From: Octopus sinensis
Taxonomy: Eukaryota
DNA: 64,000 nt
NCBI RefSeq assembly: GCF_006345805.1
Contig: NC_043005.1
Location: 57,598,001-57,662,000, forward strand
Reading direction: 5' to 3'
The notes beneath the pieces are model-generated. The model was not told the DNA's origin. It searched no databases and saw only the letters and a program-made list of their open reading frames with translations. Of this stretch, positions 39,261-52,349 are shown piece after piece. The translations under genes and the position numbers were made by a program. Within the stretch, counting starts at the first letter, position 1, and every line of letters starts with the position of its first letter.

Positions 39261-41172
39261 AAAATTAAAGAATATATATATGAAGATAAACAGCGCATGA
39301 CCTTGCAGGTGAGTCTCAGTTAGCGTTTTCTTTAGATCGAGTAGCCCATCCTTCACAAAAGGTCTTTGAATAAGGGCTGTTAAAAATGCTGAATGAAACA
39401 CCCATGTTTCCAGAGGTGAATTATTCATACCTCAAAGATTTCCTCTCAACACATGGCTATGAATGCTTCTTCTCACTACTGCTCGTGATCAGAGGCGCAC
39501 ATATCGTCAGCCACTAAGCGGCGCACATATCGACAACAGGTTAAGTTCAAGCAACTGACCAGTAAATCTGTTGAGCAGCATGTTTGCAGTAGCCCATCCT
39601 TTACATTACGACAAAACATGTATACGATAACACTTCCAACCATTTAAGATCAAAATCCTTGAGAGCAATTGATTGGTATTGCGTCAGGGTATACAAGCCA
39701 CGAGAGCCACTGCCTGGTATTGTATCAGGGCATTCTCATATTGCATCAGTTATTATTATTAGATAACGGCCACAAGGTTGCAAGCTGGTAGAATGGTTAC
39801 CGCGTTGGGTAAGATGCTTAGCGGCATTTAGTCTGTCTTTACGTTCTGAGTTCAAATTCCGTCGAGGTCAACTTTATCTTTCATACTTTCGGGGTCAATA
39901 ATATAATTACCAGTTGTGTACTGGGATCGATGTAATCGACCAACCCTCTCCCCAAATGTCAGGCTTTGTGCCTATAGTGGAAAGGATTATTAAATAACAG
40001 CTATTTTTGGGAAAGATATGAACTTTACCAATCATACAACGGTTTTTTTTTTCTAAAATATGGAATTTTTTTTTTAATATTTTATCAAAGGAAGGAAAAA
40101 CAAATACCACAAATAATTTTATCCCTTTCCTCATTTCCGTCTTTACATGCTATTTTCTGCTTCAGTGGACTTTGTCGTTTTCATATATTTTCAATCTAAT
40201 GACGAAACCGAAAACCGAGGATGATTTGCTTTGTGTTCTCTTTGTATTAAGTCCCCAAAGTTATACATCCATTATATAAATTCCCTATACACTACCACAG
40301 ACAAAATAATTAACAATTGAAGAGTGCTTGGCGTTTCTCCTGATTTATTAACCATCACCACCACTACCACCACTACCACCATGATCAATTATAGCAACCA
40401 GCCATGAAGCTTCTACGTGATCACTGGACCTGCTAGAAATAGCAGTCAAAACCTCACTAATATTTATCACCACCATCTTGAGAGCAATTATATACTGGAT
40501 ACTGTACGCCTTGATGCATGGAAGCACTCCGTCGGTTACGACGATGAGGGTTCCGGTTGATCCGAATCAACGGAACAGCCTGCTCGTGAAATTAGCGTGT
40601 AAGTGGCTGAGCACTCCACACACACATGCACCCGTAACGTAGTTCTCGGGGATATTCAGCGTGACACAGAGAGTGACAAGGCCGGCCCCTTGAAATACAG
40701 GTACAACAGAAACAGGAAGTAAGAGTGAGAGAAAGTTGTGGTGAAAGAGTACAGCAGGGATCACCACCATCCCTTGCCGGAGCCTCGTGGAGCTTTTAGG
40801 TGTTTTCGCTCAATAAACACTCACAACGCCCGATCTGACTCCTTGATGCATAATGGCGTGGTCATGACAAGAATAACTTTGATTATAGTCTGCTGGAGGG
40901 AGACTGAACCGGGGGTTAAACAACAGCAATAACGACTACGATAGCAAGAACAGTAACAACAGCATCAGCAACAAAAAGGAACTAAGTAGTGAGTCTCTAT
41001 GTCAACCGTAAACTTGCTAGAAATAATAGCCAAATTTCACTTACACCGCACTAAATTCTTTGTAAGAAGGATACAGCGGATGATGTGGCCCTAGCTGGTC
41101 CTTGGGAGTCTTTATCAGGGTCCACGCTATTGCAAGCATTCCTGTAAAATTTCAGGTTTGAATGTAACTTAC

Positions 41173-41231
41173 CCCTTCTTCACACTTATCTCGGAGGCCG
41201 TGAAAATAGTCATGAGTTTTCCTCTGCTCTT
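41173..41231 (-). CDS. Candidate internal exon (59 nt, phase 0 to 2)
   Basis: cttcttcag acceptor, G|gtaagt donor, open frame KSRGKLMTIFTASEISVKK. Confidence 0.35.
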
Positions 41232-41653
41232 CTGAAGAAGTGATAAGAATTTGATTAAAAAAATGTGATGGTCACGACTAGAGTAAATTTGATCATAGGT
41301 CTACGCAGTCAGGACTGTCCGGGGCTAAACAACATCACAACTACAGCAGTAGCAACAGTAGCAACAGCAGCATCAACGTGGTGGCCATGGATTGGGTTTC
41401 ATTTTCTCTCAGCCCATTCCTAAATTTCTTTGACAGATGTCACCAAGGGAAACACCAAGTCAAATGTAACTAATTGCAAACGAGGCCAGTCGCTATTCAT
41501 GGAACATAAATAGTTATAATAGTTATTTGAAACTCAGAATTCGTGACTATTTATATGGTTTCTCATTTCTTTCTGTTATTATTATGCTTAATTTAAATTC
41601 AACTGGTTGGAGATTGAATATTTGCAAATTCTGCACTTAATTGAAAAGATTAC

Positions 41654-41777
41654 ATTTGATACTATGTAGAAACAGGCCAGAAACGTGAGCCAATGAGAAA
41701 CTCCTCGCCCGGGTGTAAAACCTTCACCCTCATTCAAATTTGAAATCGCTCGGCGAACAAATTTCTCTAAAGGCCCG
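41654..41777 (-). CDS. Candidate internal exon (124 nt, phase 2 to 0)
   Basis: Strong acceptor ttttgttttgttttccgctcccag, donor gtaatc; GPLEKFVRRAISNLNEGEGFTPGRGVSHWLTFLACFYIVSN. Confidence 0.4.
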
Positions 41778-42498
41778 CTGGGAGCGGAAAACAAAACAAA
41801 ACAAATCAAAAAGCCTGAAGACCAAAATTGTAATTTAATAAGAATTATTTTCAATGCTCCAACTAAGATATATGATGCATTATAACTGTGGTTAATTAAA
41901 ACATTTCACTATTTTAATTAATGTATAATTGCTTGCAAATCTATGAATTTAAGAAATTTAAAGAGCCGTATTTTTCTCAGTGTATTTGTTCCTCAGCAGG
42001 TGGTTGTGTACTTGAAGTTCGACATAGGAACTAAAATGGTATAATCCCCCCACCCCTTGTTGGTTAGAATTTCTAGAATTGGCAGTCAAATTTCACACAA
42101 ATTACACACCTTACAACCATCTCAAGAAAAGCGAAAGTAGAGAAAAGAACGGAAGAGCAGTAGTGCCAGATGCACATTCTGCAAATAAGGCAAATTGGTC
42201 TCAATAGGAAATACCTCTTAACTAGGGCTGGTATGGGACTAGAAAGCAATAAACAATAAACAACAACAGCAGCAGCATCAGCGGCTACAGCAACAACCAC
42301 GACAGTAGCAAGAACAATAGCAACAACTACAACGTCATCATCCTCATCATCACCATCATCATCATCACCATCATCATCATCGTTCATCATCATCGTCATC
42401 GTCGTCGTCGTCGTCGCCGTCGTCATCGTCATCATCATCATCATCAAGAGCAGCAACCACAGCAGTAACAGCAGCAACCACAGCAGCAACAGCAGCAG

Positions 42499-42678
42499 CC
42501 GTCCAAGAATTTGGACCTGGAGATCTCTATTTCCAGCGACTTCGAGGGCCACCTCCCAGTGGTGTCGAGCGTCAAGGAAGAGCCCTCGACTACAACAAGA
42601 CGACCAATGTTTTTTTTTTTTACTCCAAGGTCTGTGGTCTCCCGCCCCTAAGCCCTAGACCATCACCTAATCACCCTT
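42499..42678 (-). mobile_element. Second copy of the structured element in a trinucleotide array
   Basis: Reverse complement of 14369-14543. Confidence 0.8.
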
Positions 42679-42720
42679 ACCCGTCTTGTTGCTTAACAAC
42701 AACCACAACAGCAGCAGCAT

Positions 42721-43070
42721 AGGGCAGCGGACTCGCGGTCGGAGGATAGCGGTTTCGATTCCCAGATCGGGTGTTGTGTGTGTTTATTGAGCGAAAACAC
42801 CTAAAGCTCCACGAGGCTCCGGCAGGGGGTGGTGGCGACCTCTGTTGTACGCTTTCGCCCCAACTTTCTCTCATTCTTTCTTCCTGTTTCTTGTCCCCGA
42901 CTTCCTACGCAGCCGCTGAGCCTGGATGCGCATTCATCCATCCGTCGATGCTCTCGGTGTCGGGGGTTAACCTGCTTTCTCTTCTGCGGGTCTTACGAAT
43001 AGCAAAGGACCACGTTTCAGACTACTCCCACTACAGACAATCCTGAGGCACGATCTTGCGAGCTGTGGGA
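42721..43070 (+). mobile_element. Family 1 SINE with alternative tail
   Basis: Head shared with 1-128 and 51281; 3' portion differs from the 51281 copy. Confidence 0.75.
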
Positions 43071-43968
43071 TGAAGACCACTTCTCTTAACAAACATGCAG
43101 CAACAGCAATAACGACAACAACAACAACGGCAACAATGATAACAAGCTGTAACTGTATCAAAACATTATCAGCAGTAACATTACTTATAACAGACTAATA
43201 CACTAATTTTTAAAAAATGTGGAACATCACGTTAAAATTTGCAAATAAAGAGCAAATTTATTGGTCTTAGATTCTGGCACAAGGTCAACAACATCGACCC
43301 TAGTGTTCAACTGGTACTTATTTTATCGACCACCGAAAGGATGAAAGATGAAGTCGACCGCGGCGGAATTTGACCTCAGGTCGTAAAGACGGACGAAATA
43401 CTTCTAAGAAATTTTCCCTGGCGTGCTTAACGATTCTGCCAGTTCGCCGCCTTGAAGAGCTAGATAATTTACTCTAGAACAATTACTGGAAGAGACAACA
43501 TGAGGAATAGACACGGAAAGATGCAATGTATGTTGAACTCTGAATACCGTGTCTTTCTGGAAGGAGATGGCAACAAGTGAGGAAGATCATTGTTTGAGAA
43601 GAAATGTCCAATAGACGTAAATATGCGTAAACTTTAACTAAACTGATGATGATGATGATGATGAGGAGGAGGAGAGGAGGAGAACGACGACGACGAGGTG
43701 ACATTGTTGTTATGGTTCGTATTATTGTAGCATAGTCTGTCATCTCTGATTAATCAGACATAGAATGACTGGGGCTCAAATGGCAATTTTTCTGCCTTTG
43801 TATAAAGCATTCGACTTACAATATCAACTGTGTCCTTCGTTTTAATAACACAGCAAAGTGTGATATGAAGAAGATTCAACTGCTATTTCTAATAGATGCC
43901 ACATCTACCCTAGAGGGTTATTTACATTATTTACATTATTTATATTTGTACTCACCTTGTTTGTTGTT

Positions 43969-44014
43969 AATACAACGTTTCGGCTGATATACTCTCCAGC
44001 CTTCTTCAGGTGTC
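43969..44014 (-). ncRNA. Minimal type I hammerhead ribozyme (inverted arm)
   Basis: gacac CTGAAGA a ggctg..cagcc GAAA cg TT gtatt. Confidence 0.75.
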
Positions 44015-44098
44015 TTGGGGGAAATGTCGAACCTGGGTTCTCATTCCTGAGGTATTTTTCGATGTTATTATTATTATTATCATTTAGTTAGTTAGTTA

Positions 44099-44157
<59 letters not shown>

Positions 44158-44320
44158 CATTATTATTGTTCAGATCACTGCTTGGAATCGAACTCGGAAT
44201 GTTGGGGTTAGTAGCCCCAAGATTCCGAGTTCGATTCCAAGCAGTGACCTGAACAACAACAATAATAATAATATCGAAAAATACCTTACTAATGAGAACC
44301 CAGGTTCGAAATTTCCCCAA

Positions 44321-44366
44321 GACACCTGATGAAGGTTGGAGGGTATATCAGCCGAAACGTTGTGTT
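44321..44366 (+). ncRNA. Minimal type I hammerhead ribozyme
   Basis: gacac CTGATGA a ggttg..cagcc GAAA cg TT gtgtt. Confidence 0.8.
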
Positions 44367-44699
44367 AACAACAAAGATGAGGTTAAATATCCGTCGAATG
44401 TAAATAATGTAAATAATATAAATAATGTACATAATTCCTCATCTCTTAAATATAGAACTGTACCCTAGAAGGTTCCTGATATCAGGTTATATGAAGCTAT
44501 GAATAGCGTATATATGACGTGCAGCAACCATCAAGCTGTCGTCGCTAAGGTTAGGGTCAGGATTGGGATTAGGGTTAGAGTTAGGGTTGGGGTTAGCATG
44601 CGCTGAGGCTGCGACATTTTCAGTAATTCCTTGATAGTGAAGAGATGTAGTCGCTTTATGTTAGAAGCTTTTTCTTTTTTTTCCACAGCTCGTCTCTTT

Positions 44700-45605
44700 G
44701 ACAGAAGTGCAGCCCTGCACCAAGCATAGACCGAGACAAGCCACTAGCCATCTGGACTGTTGTCAAGCGCTCACAATATTCTACCAGTCGAGTAATACGG
44801 TATATGGAATTTCCTTGATGTTTTATAGAGAATTACTGGCGGGCAAAAACAATTACATTCTCGGGTAAACTCTAAGCGTCGATGAAAATCAACAGGCTGG
44901 TCTCTTCTGGTGAACAGAAATCCCCGGCATGACTGTGCTACCAGGTTGGGATGGGGGGCATAAACCGATTTAAGAAAAACTCTGTAGGTACGGAAATACT
45001 GCCTACCAGAAATGTCTGATATGTTCACAGAATGACGAAATCATCCTCAATGTCCTCGTCCAATTCTCGAGAATTGCTGACTTGTGGAGTTATGTTGGAC
45101 ATTTGCCGTTACGTGTGGTGCGGATCCAGTTATCAACTGAACCTATTGAGATCGTCCCACCACATTTCTTTCACCAGGAAGGACAGGCAGGCTTTATCTG
45201 TCTTGTGGGTTTGGCGAAAGCGATTGAATGGCCGATTACATTGAAAGGATTGAGGACAGACACGTTTCACTGTAACCAAGCCCTCATTAGCTTTTTCAAG
45301 TCACACTCGAAAAGGAAAGTGACGGTGGAGCAGTTGCGTGCCATTAAATTTGTTGGAGAGTGCATCAGAATGTGAGCAATGTACGAGCAAACGGGCCTGC
45401 TGTGAGCATGCGCCTGAAGATTGAATAACCGAGAGACGGCGCTAGCAGTAGTGATGAGAATGTCGTTTTTTTTTTAGAATTATTCGTTATTTGAAATTTT
45501 CTTTTTTGCTTATTCCTGATATTTGCCTGTTTACACAATTCTTATGTAATCCAACATTTTATTGTCATCGCTGTTCTCGTCAAACCTTAGAGGTTAATAA
45601 AGAAA
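44700..45605 (+). pseudogene. Tx1/L1-type ORF2 C-terminal remnant plus 3' UTR
   Basis: CLICSQNDEIILNVLVQFSRIADLWSYV (decayed CCHC region), ..LISFFKSHSKRKVTVE; ends ccttagaggttaataaagaaa. Confidence 0.55.
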
Positions 45606-45650
45606 GCTACTACTAGTACTACTACTACTACTACTACTACTACAACAACA

Positions 45651-45711
<61 letters not shown>

Positions 45712-45827
45712 GTGTTTTCTTCAATTGTAATATTAAACACGTTAAAGAAAAAAGTATTATGTTACACGCTCCTGGATACACGCATTCATGCACGTATGAG
45801 TACATACATATATACATACGTACGTGT

Positions 45828-45860
<33 letters not shown>

Positions 45861-46838
45861 ATATATATATTATATATATATATATAGTATGTATATATAT
45901 ATATATATATATTGTATGTATGTATGTATACATATATAATATATAATCTTTTTGTGGAAACGTATGCATGTTTACATACATATATATGTCAGCCTGAAGC
46001 TCCTTTATCTATATTCTAAGCTCATATTTATGTCAATAATCATTATAACACTTTGCAATGTCCAAGTAACAATGAAGAAAAGCTATGATTTGTTAGCTAA
46101 GAAACAAAGGAACGAACACAAACTTTACGCATAACAGCTGTACGTGATACCACAAAAAATATGCAAGAATGTCCTAAAGTCTAACACCTACTTATTACCT
46201 CCGCCTTAGCGAAGGCTGAGATATTGTTTTCAGTCGTAGTTGTTTGTCTGTGGACAAGATATCTCAAGAACCACTGGATGGATTTGGATGAATCTTTCAC
46301 AGATGTTTGGCCTCGTGACTCGGGATCGATCCGGTACTGGACAAGGATTCTGGAGTATTTTTACAGTTTTTTTCTTAATTTTTGAGAGCGGTCGGGTTTA
46401 TTTTTTTGTATTCTCCTTTGTGAGAACAGTCGAGTTTGTTTCGGGTATTCTCATTTTAAAAATCATCTACACACAAGAAAAAATGTCAGAAAGGCAGGTC
46501 AGTTATTCCTCTCCAATTTTTTGTAAATTCTTAAATATATCTCCTTCTGTGAATATATATACTACCAAACAAACATGATTTTTATTGAAATCAAAATTCT
46601 TTTTGGCGTCTCGTTCTGATTACTTTCTGAAATACTTTCTTGTAAACTGATTTTAACATTTTCTTATTCTTATCAAAGAATGTATATCTGTATTTTAATG
46701 CTTTTTTTTGATAACCACTACTTAACACAACAAAGCTCATAAAAAGCTTTACATTTTACTTTTGACAATCTTTTTCTAAAAAAAGTGAAACCGGTCAAGT
46801 GAATAAACATCTTTAAAATTGCTTTTTCAAACCTTCTT

Positions 46839-46890
<52 letters not shown>

Positions 46891-47045
46891 TATAATTAAG
46901 GGTATCTAAGAGATGCCAAATGCTAGATATAGCAGTCAAAACTTGACTCTAAAACCACATTCAATGTTCATACAGCACCAGAGAGAAGACAAAAACACAA
47001 AAAAAACTAGCAAAAAATTACTGGATAATTCCAGATCCTGGATTT

Positions 47046-47272
47046 CTCCGAGTTTCGAATGTCGGGGCGGAAATCTGCTCTGGCATCTCGTCAGTTATTA
47101 AGACAATCCAAAAATGCTATGAAAATGACCGTTAAACAAAGGGAATCAAAAAATGCTATAGTAATTTCCCTTTGTTTAACGGTAATTTTCATAGCGTTTT
47201 TTGATTGTTTTAATAATTGAAGAGATGCCGGAGTAGATTTCCACCCCGACATCCGAAACTCGGAGTTTTATT
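47046..47272 (+). ncRNA. Inverted pair of hammerhead motifs in a PLE-like fold-back
   Basis: Plus 47212-47272: aataa TTGAAGA gatg..catc c GAAA ctc g gag TT ttatt; the minus copy 47046-47099 has an intact CTGACGA. Confidence 0.75.
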
Positions 47273-47301
47273 ATGGCAACCAAATAATTGTCACATATTA
47301 C

Positions 47302-47347
<46 letters not shown>

Positions 47348-47590
47348 ACTGTCCCATTATTGGCAGGACCAACCAAAAATGTACTTCATCTGAAAAACGA
47401 TAAATATTACTTTATACACACAAGACTTAATTGTGAGCTAATATAAGTTTCAAGCTCATATAGTACCGTAATAGCACAAGCTTGTATAGCGTGCAGTGCA
47501 GTCTGCTGCACGCTAGGCTAGTTCATCCGATTACATACAATCCGAACATGAAACTTAAAGTAGCTGACGTTTAAGTCCCATGCTTATTAT

Positions 47591-47674
<84 letters not shown>

Positions 47675-47727
47675 ACAACATGGACCAAATCTTTGAAGAA
47701 AAAAATATGTATTCAAATAAGTAAAAC

Positions 47728-47762
47728 ATATCATGAATAGCGATAGCGAAACCGGTCGATAT
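47728..47762 (+). ncRNA. Decayed minimal hammerhead
   Basis: atatc ATGAATA gc gata gc GAAA ccgg TC gatat; core mutated. Confidence 0.5.
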
Positions 47763-47812
47763 ATTAAAAATTATATTAAAACTATGTAAGTGTGCGTATT
47801 TTCCTTTTTTAA

Positions 47813-47844
<32 letters not shown>

Positions 47845-48809
47845 GCATACGCGCTCGGGTTTGTGCATGTGTATAAACCTCACTTTATATTTATGTATGT
47901 CTTATGCCTCTTGTCTATTACTTGTTTTAGTCCTTGGACAGCGGCTATGCCGAAGCACCGTCTTTATGGTCCTAGTCGATCAAATCCACCCTCTGCCTAA
48001 TGTATATGAGTTTATATATTAAGAGTGAGAGAGAGTGAGTGAGAGAGTGAGAGAGAGTGAAAGAAAGAGAAATAAGTAGGTACGTGTTTGAAATGGAGAA
48101 AGTGGAATGTAGTAAAATATTAATGTTAAACCAAGAGAAAGTGTTGGAGAGAGCTCAGTGGAAATCAAAACTATGCCGACTTGAATGCCAGCTTTGCGTA
48201 ATTACTTTAATACCATCTGATATTACTGTAGTCTACGAAACATCTGAAAATACTTCCACGTTTACTAGTTAGGGTAAGAGACGGAGAATGAGAGTGAGTG
48301 ACAGAGAGAAAGAGAGAGAGAGAGAGAGAGACAGTGAGAGAAAGTGTGAGTGAATGAGTGAGAGAGAGAGAGAGAGAGAGACTGAGAGAGAGGAGAGATT
48401 TCATTATTGATGTATCTTTATAGTTCGCAGTAGATATTTAAGTAAAATATATAAGCTTACTCGCTAAAACGACATTTGTTAACGATTATCATTCTCCCTC
48501 ACAAATACTGTGAGTGCGTGTTCGTGTGTATATACAAACACAAATGTATGCGTATATATATATGTGTATATATATATATATTTCCCAATCTTGTCTGTAG
48601 TAGATTTGTGGCTATTCGGTGGTACAGAAGTATTTTTTGACTTCTATCATTAGCGATATAGGTACTCAGTAGTACCCTTGTATATATATGTACATATCTA
48701 ATATTGTATGGTATATTTTATTAATTTGCCTGTACGGCTGATAATTGGCTCCCCCACTTGTGATGGTATTCTAATAATACCATCCCTATATTATTTATAT
48801 ATATATTTG

Positions 48810-48850
<41 letters not shown>

Positions 48851-48871
48851 CTATATATATATATATATATA

Positions 48872-48907
<36 letters not shown>

Positions 48908-48939
48908 TATATAATATATATATATATATACTATATATC

Positions 48940-48996
<57 letters not shown>

Positions 48997-49004
48997 CATA
49001 TATA

Positions 49005-49062
<58 letters not shown>

Positions 49063-49264
49063 TAGATATCATACATATGTTTATATTTATTAATCATATT
49101 AGTGGGTACACGAAGCACCGGCTTGCTATAAGGTGGAAATAAAAACGCACAACTTAATCCCTATTCTCACTGAAAATATAAGCAACGGATCAACAGAAAT
49201 CGGGCAAACGAACAGAATTTAACATATTATCTCAGGTAAAAAGCCGTACAATGAGGTAACATAC

Positions 49265-49327
49265 ATTTGGATCATGATTTCGAATTCTGGTTAAAGCCTC
49301 AATTCTCCTCAATTGGTCGTGCCGTGC
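49265..49327 (-). CDS. Candidate internal exon (63 nt, phase 0 to 0)
   Basis: tttttcattttag acceptor, gtatgt donor; ARHDQLRRIEALTRIRNHDPN. Confidence 0.4.
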
Positions 49328-49464
49328 CTAAAATGAAAAATTTTCTATCGTATCTCATTGTAATCCGTTACGTCTTGAATAGTCTCGCACCAGATTTAAA
49401 ATAGTAATAACATCTTTATGAGTATTCATTTGAATATTCACTCATTAAAAAAATATATATATAT

Positions 49465-50105
49465 ACAGTAAAGACTGTTTGCCAGAATAGTTGCTCGGCT
49501 GGACCGCCCTGCTGAATTTCCGTTCGAAATATATATATAATTTTCAAAGTGACACACAAACACTGATCTAATAAATAGAAACATTATTATTTCTAAATCT
49601 TTCTAAGTGATATATTCGGTAAAAGCTACTTTACGCTGATAAAGAGCAATAATCCAGAAACGGGTTCACAGATGTTTTGTGCTTGGTGGGTATGCTGAGC
49701 TCCCCTCTTCGAAAATATAAGAGCACAGAGATTGCGTCGTATAGTCAGCTGGAAACGGCGTTTCCTGGGACTAAACGACAGTAACATTCGTCCCATCCAG
49801 GGTTGCCACATTATGTTGGCAAATAGTCTTTTCTTTAAAGTATTGTTACTGAATATCTCCCTTTGAGAGATTTAGAAATAACGTTTCCATTTATTAGATC
49901 AGTAACTGCGACACTTAGAAAATTATATACTTTCGAACGGGAATTCAGCAGCGTCGTCTAGCCGAGCAGTCACGCATCCATTTCCAAGTATATATATATA
50001 GAGAGAGAGAGAAAGAGAGAGATACATTATTATTTCTAAATCTCTCAAAACGAGATATTCAGTAAAGACTGTTTACCAACATAATGTGACAGTCCTGGAT
50101 GGAAC
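49465..50105. repeat. Diverged inverted repeats (PLE-like fold-back)
   Basis: ~49490-49622 vs ~49846-49968 inverted; 50025-50105 inverted to 49790-49880. Confidence 0.65.
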
Positions 50106-50416
50106 TAATTTAAAGGTGACACGCTTGGTCGCGTCAACAAATGGATGAGGGTTCGAATCACACGCGGATAGGAAAGCCGTCTTTTTTCTGTCGAGGACTT
50201 ATACGCCCCTTTATTAGACTATTTTCCTTAGTCATTGCACGGTGATCGTCATAAGCTTTAAGCTTATAAAAAAAAACATTGTTATTATTTACAGGATTGT
50301 AAATCACAGCGCCGTAATAACAAATTATTCGCTCCAATATATATACATATATATATCTTTCGTCACTAGATCATATATCCTAAAAAGAAGCACATTTTAT
50401 AAGTTTGACCAGTAAC

Positions 50417-50770
50417 ATATATACAGGAGGTTACTCATATGACCGGTCATATTTACAGGAGGTTTCTCATATGACCGGTCATATTTACAGGAAGTTACTC
50501 ATATGACCGGTCATATTTACAGGAAGTTACTCATATGACCGGTCATATTTACAGGAGGTTACTCATATGACCGGTCATATTTACAGGAGGTTACTCATAT
50601 GACCGGTCATATTTACAGGAGGTTACTCATATGACCGGTCATATTTACAGGAAGTTACTCATATGACCGGTCATATTTACAGGAAGTTACTCATATGACC
50701 GGTCATATTTACAGGAAGTTACTCATATGACCGGTCATATTTACAGGAAGTTACTCATATGACCGGTCAT
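50417..50770. repeat. 32-bp minisatellite, 11 copies, containing a 16-bp palindrome
   Basis: atatttacagga(a/g)gttactcatatgaccggtc; gaccggtc every 32 bp from 50441 to 50761. Confidence 0.97.
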
Positions 50771-50836
50771 GGTTTTACACCCATAAAACGTTTAGCCTTA
50801 AAGTCGTCTCGCCAGACTCTAATGACTACGGGCATT

Positions 50837-50898
50837 AGAGTCTGACGAGGTGTCTCTAATGCTAAGTGATTTATAGATGCGAAACTATTGGTTACTCT
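50837..50898 (+). ncRNA. Type I hammerhead ribozyme
   Basis: agagt CTGACGA g gtgtct..agatgc GAAA cta t tgg TT actct. Confidence 0.8.
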
Positions 50899-51280
50899 AT
50901 GACCGGACATACAATTAACTTCCTATAATATATATTTATACATACATTCTTACACACACACGCACATATATATATATACAAATCTGCGTGTATGTGTTTA
51001 AGTGGTAAAATATGAGCGTTCCCGAGTAAAGCAATATATATATATAATATATATACTCATGCATACATGCATACATACACACACACACACATACAGACAT
51101 ATATATATATGTATTCCACCTGCCTTCGTTTTGTTTATTTCAATAAAGCTTCCTGTTATATATATATATTATACTATATATATATATATATATAATATAA
51201 TACTATATATATATATATATAATATATATAATATATCTATATATATATATATATATATATATATAGATATCTATATATAT

Positions 51281-51592
51281 GTGGAGGCGCAATGACCCAG
51301 TGGTTAGGGCAGCGGACTCGCGGTCGTAGGATCGCGGTTTCGATTCCCAGACCGAGCGTTGTGAGTGTTTATTGAGCGAAAACACCTAAAGCTCCACGAG
51401 GCTCCGGCAGGGGGTGGTGGTGATCCCTGCCGTACTCTTTCGCCACAACTTTCTCTCGCTCTTTCTTCTGTTGGCCTGCTCGCTTAGCCGGCGGGGTGGC
51501 GTCATTTGAAGGCTAAAACAATGCGAAGCGCATTGTGACCAGCGATGTGTAGCAACATCTGATAGCCTAGTCGGTCACGGTGATCACGGTGA
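51281..51592 (+). mobile_element. Full-length family 1 SINE in (TA)n
   Basis: tRNA-like head; tail tcacggtga x2. Confidence 0.85.
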
Positions 51593-51975
51593 TATATATA
51601 TATATATATATATATACAAAGATGAACTTATTGATGACAGGGGCTACCTGGTGTTCAATTATTAAATACATGAAAAAATACACATTAAGAACAGGATATC
51701 ACCAACGAGTGAAAAATACGTAAACACACAACGAGAGATAAATAAATACCAAAAGAAGTCTAACCCTTCCTCAGTTGTCGACTGTGATATCACTCCCTGT
51801 TTCCTGCTTTTAACAAGACAGGAAAACTTCATAAGACAGCAACGTCCAGAAATTTTAGAAATACAAAATTTGTGGAGGGTTAGGGCTTCGAACGAACAAA
51901 CGACAGCAGAGTGGACATACGGAAGAAAACAATGAACGAAAACGGACATTAAAGGCCGTTAAGCCAAGGCGAATT

Positions 51976-52075
51976 NNNNNNNNNNNNNNNNNNNNNNNNN
52001 NNNNNNNNNNNNNNNNNNNNNNNNNNNNNNNNNNNNNNNNNNNNNNNNNNNNNNNNNNNNNNNNNNNNNNNNNNN
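51976..52075. other. Assembly gap (100 N)
   Basis: Run of N. Confidence 1.
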
Positions 52076-52173
52076 CATATATATAGATGTGTAATATATA
52101 TATATATATAGTATATATATATATATATACCATATATATATATATATATAATATATATCTCTATATATATATA

Positions 52174-52205
<32 letters not shown>

Positions 52206-52349
52206 GTATATATATATATATATAGATATATATATATATATATAATATATATATATATTATATATATATATATAGATATATATATATAATATATATAATA
52301 TATATATATAACGCTATCTCAATCTCCGGTTTCTGCAATGCGTTTATAT

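Larger units (their letters stand above)
43920..44460 (+). mobile_element. Palindromic tRNA-headed hammerhead element with 14-bp TSD
   Basis: TSD taccctaga(g/a)ggtt at 43906-43919 and 44461-44474; arms centred at ~44210; B-box-like gagttcgattcc; one HHR on each arm. Confidence 0.85.

Noticed and set aside
46480-48270. Additional minus-strand acceptors (near 46547, 47386, 48243) as the missing exon
   Set aside because: In-frame stops, or no compatible donor
50417-50770. CRISPR-like 32-bp palindromic repeats
   Set aside because: Units are contiguous with no unique spacers, there are no cas genes, and the context is eukaryotic
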